In this document: in pieces, positions 36,101 through 45,890 of the stretch | Position numbering within the stretch: position 1 is the stretch's first letter | Layout: each line of letters opens with the position of its first letter | DNA from: Catajapyx aquilonaris | Lineage: Eukaryota | Length of the DNA: 45,890 nucleotides | Assembly (NCBI GenBank): GCA_000934665.2 | Contig: JYFJ02003142.1 | Coordinates: 1-45,890 of the forward strand | Reading direction: 5' to 3' | Program-made: the position numbers and the translations under genes | The notes under the pieces: model-generated | What the model saw: the letters and a program-made list of their open reading frames with translations, nothing else | Told to the model about the DNA's origin: nothing | Databases searched by the model: none

Positions 36101-37380
36101 AGTTCTTCGCGAGAAGTCGGCTCGACATTCACGGTGAGATGTTCGCCTTCATGAAGAAGTCTTTGTAATCACACACCCGAAAAAATGTCGTTTGCAGGAT
36201 GTGTCGTGGTGCACGGTCAGTGTCTGGAGGCGTACACTGCTCTGACGGGGATACTCAAGCTGGACATTGTCCCTCACGACATCGTGTTGGTCCATCCGGA
36301 AAGAAGGGAGTACGAGGACGTGAGGCACATGCCCAAATCTATGGTTAGCCCACCCTTATCGCTTGGTTCGTTTCTTTAAAGGATTGTTTACGCCCTCACG
36401 ATTTGAGATTCGGTCGCACGACCAGGCTCAAATCAGGGAGCATAATATACTACATAAGAGGCGCAAACGTCGGTCAGCGCCATTGATTTTCGCGTCTCTC
36501 TGTTTGGGGCCATTGCCAAGGCTGGCGGCCATTTTGAAGTGTGGGCAACGCCAACGAGGTATAAATAGGGTACAGGCAAAACTAGGGTCCGCCATCTTTG
36601 ATGGTTTTGGCGGCCATGGCAACTATATACGGCAAGAACACGCGAGAATCAAAGATGGCGGACCATATTATTGCCTGTACCCTATTTATACCTCGTTGGA
36701 GTTGCCCACACTTCAAAATGGCCGCCAGCCTTGGCAACACCCCAAACAAAGAGACGCGGAAATCGAATGTTTCCGCCTCTTATGTAGTATATATGCTCCC
36801 TGCTCAAATCGTGAGGGCGTCAACAGTCCTTAAAGGGCTGTCCACGAAGTCCACTGTGTGCGACGGGTATAGTGGTACTAATTATACGTGGACACACAGA
36901 GGCACAGACTCATGAGTTGGCTGTTATTCTCATTGATGCTTGCAAAATCCCGACATAGCTGGAAGAAACGATAATGGACGAGCTGAAGGACATGGGGGTT
37001 CGGGTCTTCAGCGGATACCAGTTCGTCAAGTGCAACATGGACGTGACCACAGGTCACGTGCAGCGAGTGGACTTTGCTGGCAGAGGAGGAAACCTGTCCT
37101 TCGCATGTCGGGCCTTGTTCTGCTTCGCTCACAGAGGTCTGAGCGACACGGGTTTCAATGGTAAAAAAAATGCATGTTTACTAACGCCCAGAGCCTCGGT
37201 CGCACGACCAGACACTTTGCGACCGAGCCATTTTTGTCGGTCGCAAAGCGTCTGGTAGTGCGACCGAGGCTCAAATAGTGATGGATGAAACATTCTGTTT
37301 GTTATTTACAACAAGCAAACCCGTTGCATGCAGATAGATGACGCTATAGGACACACAGGCTAAATCCAATATCTACGCAA

Positions 37381-37422
<42 letters not shown>

Positions 37423-40182
37423 TTCCCAGCCATAGTGCAGTGTCCTCTAGTGTACGACGGAGGTTTGGTGGTGAACGCGTCTGGACGCACAGCCGACCCT
37501 TACATCCTGGCCGGAGGTACCTTCACGACGTACGCGAGGGCATACTATGCATCGCACTGCACGCACTCTTACTACAACTCCAAAGAAGTCGGAATGAAGG
37601 TCTTTAATTCACAGCGTTTTCTTAGGCCTGTTTAAGGACCTCACGATTTGAGCCTTTGTCGCACGACCAGACGCTTTTGACAAAAATTTGTGTCGTGCGA
37701 TCGAGGCTCAAATCGCGAGGGCGTAAGTTACAGGCCTTGAACCTCTTTTCGGTCGACTTTCAGATTGCCGAGAGGTTCATGGAGACCATAGATCCGACCA
37801 GAGACTACTTGAGACTGGCCAGGGGCAAGAGCAAGCCCGGGCTGGTGCCTATCTACACCAAGCCTCTGGTCAGGGCGGCCGTACTACCGGTCGGTTGGAA
37901 TTACCTCTACGTGTCCAAGCCAGGGTTCGCAGTCACCCAGAGAGACGCAAGCGGACGAGGGCAGGACCCGGTACGCGGGTTGTTTATTATGCGCAGATAG
38001 AGATTGGTGCACTATACCATCCGTATATCAGTCACAGGAGTAAGATAGCAGATCTGGAGCTCAAATTATCCTCTAAGAGAGGCACTCCTAACAGTGGGCC
38101 TACGCCTAATAGAATGTGTTCTGAAGTCTTATTAGCAGCACTCTCTAAGAGAGTGCTCATAATAAGCGAGTTCTAAGAGTGCTCATAATAAGAGTGCTCC
38201 TAAGAGTGTTCTAATAGGAGTTCTAAGAGTGTTAGCCTACTTGCTCTTAAGAGTGTTCTTATGGGAGTTCTCCTAAGAGTGTTATCCTACTAAGATAGTG
38301 CTCCTAAGAGTGTTCTAATAGTTTTCCTACGAGTGCTCCTATGAGTGTTCTCCTAATAAGAGAGTTCTCCTAAGAGTGGTCTAAAATAAGTTCTAAGAGT
38401 GCTCCTAAGAGTGTTATCCTACTGAGAGAGTGCTCCTAAGAGTGTTCTAATAGGAGTTCTAAGAGTGCTCCTAAGAGTGTTATCCTAAGAGAGTGCTCCT
38501 ACGAGTGCTCCTAAGAGTGTTCTAATAGGAGTTCTAAGAGTGCTCCTGCAAGTGCTCCTAAGAGTGTTATCCTACTAAGAGAGTGCTCCTAAGCGTGTTC
38601 TAATAGGAGTTCTATGAGTGCTCCTAAGAGTGTTATTCTACTAATAGAGTGCTCCTAAGAGTGTTATCCTACTAAGAGAGTGCTCCTAAGAGTGTTATCC
38701 TACCAAGAGTTCTAAGAGAGTCCTAATAAGAGTGCTCCTAAGAATGTTCTCCTGAGAGTGCTCATAGGAGAGGGGATTCTAAGAGTGTGCTCCTACGAGA
38801 GTGATCCTCATCGACCTTTGAGGAAGATGGGGGAGCGCCTCTCCTGGGAGGCTAACTTGAGATCCAGGTCTGCTACGTACTTATAACTCCTTTAAGGGCC
38901 AGTTGCACCGGCCTCGGTATAACTTAGAACCTCGGGTATAACAAGAATTGCCATAGCAATCATTGTTGACCAACAATGATTGCTATGGCAATTCTTGTTA
39001 TACCCGAGGTTCTAAGTTATACTGAGGCCGGTGCAACTGGCCCTAAGTGTCTGGTATACATGGTTACTTTTCATCGTTAGTCACGTGTGTAATAAACTTG
39101 ATCGTTGCAGGGACGGTACATGACAACGGGCGATCCGTCGCAGCCGCAAGGGTACTTCAGGTTTCATCTCAACTCATACAAGACCATCGACAACATCGTG
39201 TGTTTCACCAAGAATGTAAGTGATTCCGGGCCTCCGATTGTCAACGTACTGCCACACTCCTCGCACAGATGGCGCATTCTCCCTCAATCTCCACATTCCT
39301 GCCACTCTCAGGGTCGTGAGAGGGGTGGTGGTAATACAAGCTCGGACAAAACTTCATTTTCTTGTCGTCTTTGCAGAGCTTTCCGGTCAACAACATGACA
39401 GCTCTGTATGGCCTGCACCAGACGTTCCTCAACAACCTGGAGGGACGATTCGACGAGTGTCTGATCCCAGACTTCTTCGCCTATCTGGACCAGATCTGGA
39501 GCATCGCTCTGTACCACGACCGATTCCACATCCTCAGGCAGTCGGTGCGGGAAGTGCTCAGCGCACCATACGTAAGTCCATCTCCCTATATGATATTACA
39601 ATATTGGCATTATTTGCTTCTCTATATGAAAATCTACATTGCAGATATTCAACCCGGTGTCATTTGAGGAGATGGCGCGCACCATGATGAGGACTAGGAA
39701 CATAACCAAGGTACAGTGCTGGTCATTAATGGTGTCGTACTGGTGGCGCCACGAGCTGTTGGAGGCAAAAGAGCGACGATTTGCTAACTGTTTTGTCTTT
39801 TGCACAATATTCGCAGCTGTCGGCCTACGAGGAGGTGATGCTGAAGCACAAGTTCATGGTCCAGAGGCTTCCCCAGAGGGTAGAGCAGAAGGTGCTAGAG
39901 TACATATCAGAGTACATATACCAGCTGCCGATGTACGCCACCCCAGCGGACATCGAGCTCCTCTGCAAGGAGAGGCACGCCAGCCCTGTGCACGACCTGT
40001 TCAGACTCACACAGCTTTTCGAGCTGGACGAGCACGGGCGTGCCCCGAGGCTGCCCAGTCTGGACTTCCAGGATGTGTACGCCCTCGTGGCAGTCTTGCC
40101 GCACCAAGCAGAAGAGGGCAGTGCTGTGGGTTCAGAGGACACATCAGACACTTTCACGGATCTGCTGAAAAGTGCTTTCTAA
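29903..40182 (+). CDS. CFAP61: Cilia- and flagella-associated protein 61 (FAP61/C20orf26), >20 exons
   Basis: Exons start 29903-30084 (IRLTRSEDIPAIK), 30193-30324 (LETCVLSLSF..LGQVSFSDRP) and 31487-31648 (CPFNTLFVRH). Downstream motifs: FPKLKIRMARVEDADDLQPI, NAFAIQLFAIDEAYEHR, YMRAHYNIDSFI, NARIVVVGASDFGL, MKFNNLILISPHGIPG, VPYNYLFLCMGRQFQ, LVYDGGLVVN, GYFRFHLNSY, LYGLHQTFLNNL..RFDE..I.DFF, WSIALYHDRF, YQLPMYATP. Stop TAA at 40180-40182. Confidence 0.92.
30092..30164. repeat. (AAT)n microsatellite in CFAP61 intron 1
   Basis: Pure AAT run; it explains the poly-N/I/Y ORFs. Confidence 0.95.
30777..31132 (-). mobile_element. Full-length tRNA-derived SINE (~355 bp)
   Basis: Minus-strand head GGGAGACGGAGTGGTGCTGCGGTAA...GGTCCCGGGTTCGATCCC (A/B boxes) and an AT-rich 3' tail. 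15-bp TSD CATATTTGTTATATA at 30762-30776 and 31133-31147. Confidence 0.9.
31908..32015. mobile_element. MITE family with TIR GAGTAAGGTAGCAGACC(T/C)GAAGCTCAAA; other copies 32048-32154, ~32392-32928, 38038-38882
   Basis: GAGTAAGGTAGCAGACCTGAAGCTCAAACTAGCCTCC / GGAGGCTAGTTTGAGCTTCGGGTCTGCTACCTTACTC. Confidence 0.8.
32443..32768. mobile_element. Palindromic MITE, truncated copy of the element at 36435-36801
   Basis: GATTTCCGCGTCTCTCTGTTTGGGGCCGTTGCCAAGG... / ...CCTTGGCAACGGCCCCAAACAGAGAGACGCGGAAATC, nearly identical to ~36475-36785. Confidence 0.85.
35662..35740. mobile_element. Harbinger/Tourist-like MITE family (AGGCCTGTTTACGCCCTCACGATTTGAG ends); related copies ~36378-36833 (interrupted), ~37185-37275, ~37624-37738
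   Basis: Inverted ends TGTTTACGCCCTCACGATTT / AAATCGTGAGGGCGTAAACA and a shared internal GGTCGCACGACCAG. Confidence 0.75.
36435..36801. mobile_element. Complete palindromic MITE inserted into a Harbinger-like MITE
   Basis: Termini AGGGAGCATA..TATACTACATAAGAGGCG / CGCCTCTTATGTAGTATA..TATGCTCCCT. Flanking direct repeat GCTCAAATC at 36426-36434 and 36802-36810. Confidence 0.85.
37381..37418. repeat. (CT)n microsatellite forming the polypyrimidine tract of a CFAP61 intron
   Basis: CT run immediately upstream of TTTCCCAG. Confidence 0.9.
38140..38800. repeat. Minisatellite, ~12-bp unit GAGTGCTCCTAA and variants
   Basis: Dozens of GAGTG(C/T)T(C/A)(C/T)(C)TAA units. Confidence 0.9.
38896..39043. 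mobile_element. 148-bp near-perfect hairpin MITE, PIF/Harbinger-like
   Basis: GGGCCAGTTGCACCGGCCTC... / ...GAGGCCGGTGCAACTGGCCC, self-complementary almost to the centre (one arm mismatch). TAA on both flanks (38893-38895, 39044-39046). Confidence 0.9.
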
Positions 40183-40252
40183 ATATTCTCAGAATTTTTA
40201 AGCTCGATTTTATGCATTTACATGTACTAAACATACGAATATAAAGTGTGTA

Positions 40253-41303
40253 CTAGAAAAACCCTCGCTTAGCTCGCATTTTTGCCTGCAGTCTGGGTGG
40301 AGGCCATGTATTGTTAATTGCAATCAATTATCGCATCATTCGAAAGGACATGTATGTTTCTACAACCATGCATAATTTTTATACTACCTTTTAGTTTTTT
40401 TTCTCATCAAAAACAAGATTGGCAAATCTCAGGAGCGTGATTAGAGTAGACTTTTTCTCATTATTTTAAGTATAAACCTTTATGGGTAGTTTTTCCACAA
40501 AGACCGGAAGTTGACCAAGACATCTGTTAGGATAAATTCCCGAAACACATGGTCAGAAATCCATGGAAATTAACTTCGAAGTCCAACGATAACCAGGCCG
40601 TAAAGTAGACTTGTGCGGATAGAGTGAACCCGGAAAACCAGAAGTTGACCCTGACACCTGTTTTGGACACTCTTACTCAGAATCCGAAAACCGTTTGCCG
40701 CTATCTCTTGCGGTTTAGGCCCTGATACCTGTCCACAGACGGACAGACCCGTTCTATAATACTTTTTTTTTCCCCGATGATGAGAAGTCTAAAAGGTCTT
40801 ATAGAATGGCTCTGTCTGTCAGTCTGTCCGTGGACAGGTATCAGGGCCTAAACCGCAGGAGATATCCACAAACGGTTTTCAGAATCAGCGTGACCAAAAT
40901 AGGTTTACTTGTCAACTTCTGGTTACCCTCCACTTTCGGTTTTCTGGGTTCACTCTATCCGCCAAGGTCAAGCTTACAGGAAGATTACCCGCAAAGAGCT
41001 TATACTAGTATAAGCGCTTTGATTACCCGTTTCAAATTGGGTTTCTTGGCAACGAGAAATGAGACAGACAACAATCAATGTCAATGTTGTCATATTAGGA
41101 TCGCATAGTGTCATACCGTATATACATACATGCCCACTACGATTTTAATATTATACAGTAACTAGCAGTGGAACATGATCTTCGTAGTTCGCACAGGAAT
41201 TGATAAAGAGTGTGCCAAGTTTCAGTCCTCTCGGTAGTCCGGAAGTGGCTTAGGTAGCCAGGATATACAAACTTACACTTTCTCCTTATTGTATCAGTAT
41301 AGA
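40253..41303 (-). mobile_element. Non-autonomous Helitron-like element (Lep1-like ends)
   Basis: Minus strand starts A|TCTATACTGATACAATAAGGAGAAAGTGTAAGTTTG and ends GCGAGCTAAGCGAGGGTTTTTCTAG|T: 5' TC, 3' CTAG, inserted at an AT site, no TSD. Internal inverted duplication at ~40612-40748 / ~40813-40962. Confidence 0.65.
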
Positions 41304-41371
41304 TATGAGTGACTTACACTGATAAACTTGCGGTTTGATCAACTTCCTTATGCAGTAGTTGTTGAGTGAAA

Positions 41372-42514
41372 ATGTCTATGGAACAGTTGTTTGAAGCGTG
41401 TAGGTCTGGTCACCTTCCGTCGGTGGTGGGGTTGGTATGGCAGCTGGCCAGTCGTGATGACCTGTTCGGGGTGGACGAGCATGGGGACGGTCTTGTCCAC
41501 GCTGCGGCCGAGTCTGGACAGCCGGATGTGGTGGCGTACCTGCTGTCCATGGGGGCAAAGGTCGGGGACAAGGGCGAAGGGGATTGGACGCCATTGCACA
41601 CTGCGGCTTACTATGGACATGGACAGGTGACCAGGCTCCTGCTGGACCATGGGGCGTCGGTGTTGGACAAGAGCGACGAAGGAAGGACACCCAGGGGGTT
41701 GGCTGTCGAAGCTGGGCACTTCAAGGTCGCCAGGCTGCTCCAAAAGTGCGAGCCTGATCAGGTAAGTACGCATTTCGGCTTCTCTTTCAGAATTGTACTC
41801 AAGTGACGGAATTACCCAAATATGACGGAACTATCCAAGTGGCATTTCCTAGAGAGGAAGTGATGTTGCAATTATTTCCGCATTTTACTTATAAGAACCC
41901 TTTTGCAGGTCAACTCTTCCATGCTAAGTGCGTCTTCTAAGGGCAATGTAGAGGATGTGAAGACCTTTGTGACCCAAGGAGCCGACCTGACCGCCAGTGA
42001 CCAGCATGGGGACACCTGCCTTCACATTGCGGCCTCTGAAGGTCACATGGACCTGGTTGTGTACCTGCTGGGTCAGGGCATGTCGATGACCTTAAGGGGG
42101 ATGTACGACCGTACTCCGTTGCATCATGCGGTCAAGAGAGGTCACCTGGGAATGACCTCTCTGCTGGTCAGGTGCGGGTCCGACCTGACAACCAAGGACG
42201 CAGCTGGTGACCTCCCAACAAACCTGGCCGCCAGTGCAGGTCATGTCACTGTGCTCAACTACCTGTTGGATTCTGGTGGTGACCTAGAAGGTCATGGGTT
42301 GAGATGGTGGACCCCTTTGCACTCCGCGGCCTTCAATGGTCAGGAAGACGTGGTCCAGTTGTTGCTCAGCAGGGGCGCCAGAACTGATGCCAAGGATGTG
42401 TACGGGTTGACCCCAAGTCAGGTCGCGATGGAGAGAGGTCACCATTATCTGGCCCAGATCATTGAAGGTCAAGGGTCGAACAGAAAGTCCAACCCAGAGT
42501 GCAGTATGTCGTAG
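41372..42514 (+). CDS. Ankyrin-repeat protein (two exons, about 8-9 repeats)
   Basis: Exons 41372-41761 and 41909-42514 (CAG|GTAAGT ... TTTTGCAG|, phase 0). Repeats: GDGLVHAAAESG, WTPLHTAAYYGH, GDTCLHIAASEGH, RTPLHHAVKRGH, WTPLHSAAFNGQ. Confidence 0.9.
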
Positions 42515-42599
42515 AGTGACAGACGGAACATTTGCATACCACACAAGACACTGGATCCTGGACACTTGAAACATTGTTAATTATTATTATCGACACTGC

Positions 42600-43300
42600 T
42601 TTACAATTAATTAGCAAAATTATTTAAAAATTCATTTTTGAAATTATTTAAAATTAATTGGTGATATAAAAATTATAATTACCTGTAATAAAACTATTAA
42701 AAATTGATTAGTGAAATTATTAAAAATTGATTAGTGAAATATATTATTAAAATTTAATAATTTCACTAATCAATTTTTAATAATTTCACTAATCAATTTT
42801 TAATAATTTCACTAATCAATTTTTAATAATTTCACTAAGTAATATTTAATATTACTTAGTGAAATTATTAAAAATGAATTTCACTAAAAATTAGTAAAAT
42901 TATTCAAAATTTATTGTTGTAGTTATTGAAAAAAATAATTTCTGTATTTATAAAAATATATTGATTAGTGAAGTTATAAAAATTAGTGAACTCATTTCAA
43001 ATTAATTAGTGAAATCATTTAAAATTAATTATCAAACTTTACTTACCTGTAATGAAATTATTCAAAAATTAATGCATGAAACTGTGAAATTTAAATAGCA
43101 ATATTATTTAAAAATCAATGAAATATTAAAAAATTAATCGATGAAATATTATTTAAAGATTAAAGTATTTAAAAATTAGTGAAATTATTCAAAATGGTGG
43201 AAATTACTGATATTGTATAAAATTAATTAGTGAAATGATTCGAAATTGTGAAATTTACTAATATTGTAAAAAATTAATTAGTGAAATTATTTAAAATATT
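42600..43300. repeat. AT-rich degenerate repeat (ATTAGTGAAATTATTAAAAATTG) in both orientations
   Basis: Forward units at ~42700-42745 are followed by reverse-complement units TAATAATTTCACTAATCAATTTT at ~42755-42838. Confidence 0.8.
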
Positions 43301-44171
43301 ACTTATTCGGATCATCCATATTCGTACCGTTGGATTTCCACTGGATTCCACAGTTTTTTCTTGTGAATGACACCTCGTGATGGGAAGAAACATAAATAAT
43401 AACATGCGGCTTTCAAATCAGTCAGGATGATTGCCAAAATCAATACTGCCATTGATTTTTATTTATAGTGTCAAATCACCATATCTGTGTATGTAAACAT
43501 TTTTTTTTGTGACTAGTAAATAAAGCTGACCTCACTGATTATCACGTGTCTTCTAAATGTCGACACTCATCGCTAGAGAATCAGGCTTTGGATCTCGAAG
43601 CAAGCAGTCCAGCAGCTGCCCTGTAAGGAGCGGTAACAATGTAAGTACGGCATGTGTTGCCTGACACCACATTTGGATCAAAATATCAAATTATGTAAAG
43701 CATCTAGGATCAAGTTTTTAAAATGCAAATTAAGAAAAAAATCTCAAATTAGGTTGGATTATGTATTGTAAAATTATTTATCATTCTACGAGTGCATTTA
43801 AGCACATCGCCATTGTTTTTCATAAACAAATTTTTGGTGGTGACTTCATCGTTATTTAATTATCTAATATTAACTTATCCAAAGATTATCTAATGTGAAT
43901 GCCTGTATAAAATTGGGGTTTTTCTCTAGTTAAGTTTCATGCAACCGGCCATTATTCAATATTTACTCATTCATTTGCGTTAATGCTTCCAGGCTGCAAT
44001 TATTGTTAAAATGAGCTGACACTTGCAAGGAAAAAAAATAAGCGGTAATGTTGGAAACCACAAACATTTTCATTCCTTTTGTTTACTAGAACCAGAAAAA
44101 TAAAGGGCCATGAACCACTTATTTTGCCAACCTCACCTCTTTCCGATAAGGGCCTGCCGAACTGTTGTTTA

Positions 44172-44444
44172 TCAGTCCTTGGAAGTATACTGAAATGGTG
44201 ATAAAAGAGTGACGATAAGGCCTCTAAGTCACTGAACCCCCACCTCATCCAACCCCCAACCCCATTTAGTGTGACTTGCGGCAACGTCGCTTGTATTTCC
44301 CTCTATCAACTGACTATAATGAAGAAAAAAAAGTGACTTATCCGCACTCACTTTCTGCACGACCCACTTGGCGTCCTGGACAGCTCGAGCAGCCATCTGC
44401 TGAAGCCTCTCAGGGTCAGTCTCATCTGCGTGCTGCCTGAAACC
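44172..44444 (-). CDS. LYRM9: LYR motif-containing protein 9, last two coding exons; first exon not found in window
   Basis: Exon 44444-44352 (93 nt) GFRQHADETDPERLQQMAARAVQDAKWVVQK|GTGAGT and exon 44189-44172 TTTCAG|YTSKD*. This matches the recalled LYRM9 C-terminus [36 protein letters not shown]. It is missed by the ORF track. Confidence 0.8.
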
Positions 44445-45890
44445 CTTATTTGCAACAATACAAGAGGAGTAACTTCACCGGATCGCTATCGGTAAGTCTT
44501 ACATAATGTGTAATGATGTCTTAAAGGCCAACAATGAACGCGAATGTCAGGTGTTCAATGTGGATGATCCATAATGGACACTGAATTATTTTTTATATTT
44601 GTCACAGTTTACAGGCGAGGAGCATTGAACTTGGTATGACAAATCCAGCCAGACTTGTGCAAACAACTAATTAGTCTTGTCATAAATTATAGTATGTCAT
44701 TAATCATTAACCATAATCATTAATTATAAATTATAGCATGTCATTAATCCATAATCAATAATCAATTAATCAATAATCATAAATCATAAATATTACAGAA
44801 TGCCATAATAGCAAGTGCAAACTAGTCGAATTTGTTTTACCAAATTTGATGGTGCTCCTGGCCTTACATAATTATGTCAAGTGCGTACCAATGGACATAA
44901 CAGACAACAAATGAAATTCAATAAAAAGTACATGGTCCTACAATTAGTTTAAACTAAAATGAGTTTAAACTAAAATGTCCACAGGGTGGTTAGAAATATT
45001 ATGCCTTAAGCTGCTTATTTTTACGCAGCTTCTCACGTCAAATGTGCACCAATGGTCGTAACAGGCAACAAGTGAAATTCAATAAATAATACATAATTAT
45101 GGTCATATGCGTTTCAGCAAAAATGTCCGTAGTGAAGTATGCAATTTTCTGCCGTAAGCTGCTTCTGTTTTAGCAGTTTTTAATACAGCTAGGCCATTAG
45201 CAAAAGTGTCGGCATTGACATCTCCATTTGAACACTTGCAAGGCAGTCGAGACAGGGAATAAAATTGATGTTCAATAACTATTCATTTTGTAATTAGATG
45301 CTTACTTTTTTTTAAACTAAGAATGGTCATACTTGTACTAACTAAATAAGCAGCAGTATTATTCATCATATTGGTAATATTAATGTAATATTTTATACAA
45401 TTAGTAGTGTGAAGGTAACCTGCTAAAAATGCGTCTGAACTAGTTTATGAAAAATTGCATTTTCAACTTACATATGAGTACATAAGGTTGCATATAAAAA
45501 GATGAATAAATTTAATAGTACATTTCGTTCAGTCAATGTCATTGATTCAGTTGGCACATGTACGCACAAACGGCTTAACGAGGATTACTTACAGGATTTT
45601 CATATCAGTTATATAATTTTAGCAAAATTGCAGGTGCTACCATAACTTGCTTTAATTTACTGCAGTACATTTTGAGGCTTTTCAATACGGCACATGACTG
45701 CCAGACACTTAATATATTAATCCCAGATTGTGGCCTTTTGGATCTTGGTCATTTGACCTGCCTATAGATCAGGCGCCCAACATCCTAGGAAAAAGGCGGA
45801 GACGGGATATGTGTCAGACTAAACAAGAGATAGGGCAAATCTCCGCTAGTGCGGCCTTGCTACCACCAGAGTGCAGGTGGCTGAAGCCGA

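Overview
Eukaryotic genomic DNA, most consistent with an invertebrate (arthropod-like): short spliceosomal introns, GC-rich exons in AT-rich spacers, many small transposon relics. Recognisable genes are an intronless Rad6/UBE2A-type E2 (10970-11425 +), a divergent DUOXA (dual oxidase maturation factor)-like gene (~13263-15261 +), a divergent FAM98-like gene (16889-19469 +), two tandem paralogous C2H2 zinc-finger genes with a shared N-terminal helical exon (24505-20471 - and 28872-26485 -), a large CFAP61 gene (29903-40182 +), an ankyrin-repeat gene (41372-42514 +) and the last two exons of LYRM9 (44444-44172 -). An unidentified Cys-rich multi-exon gene lies at ~3760-8725 (-). Non-genic highlights are a ~2.2 kb foldback palindrome whose arms each carry two tRNA-like Pol III units, a full-length tRNA-derived SINE with a 15-bp TSD, a non-autonomous Helitron, a mariner relic, several nested MITE families (one enclosing a minisatellite), and an orientation-switching intronic satellite built from RFX X-box half-sites. 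All homology calls come from recalled protein motifs, not database searches, and exon boundaries were read by eye. No CRISPR or prokaryotic system is supported.
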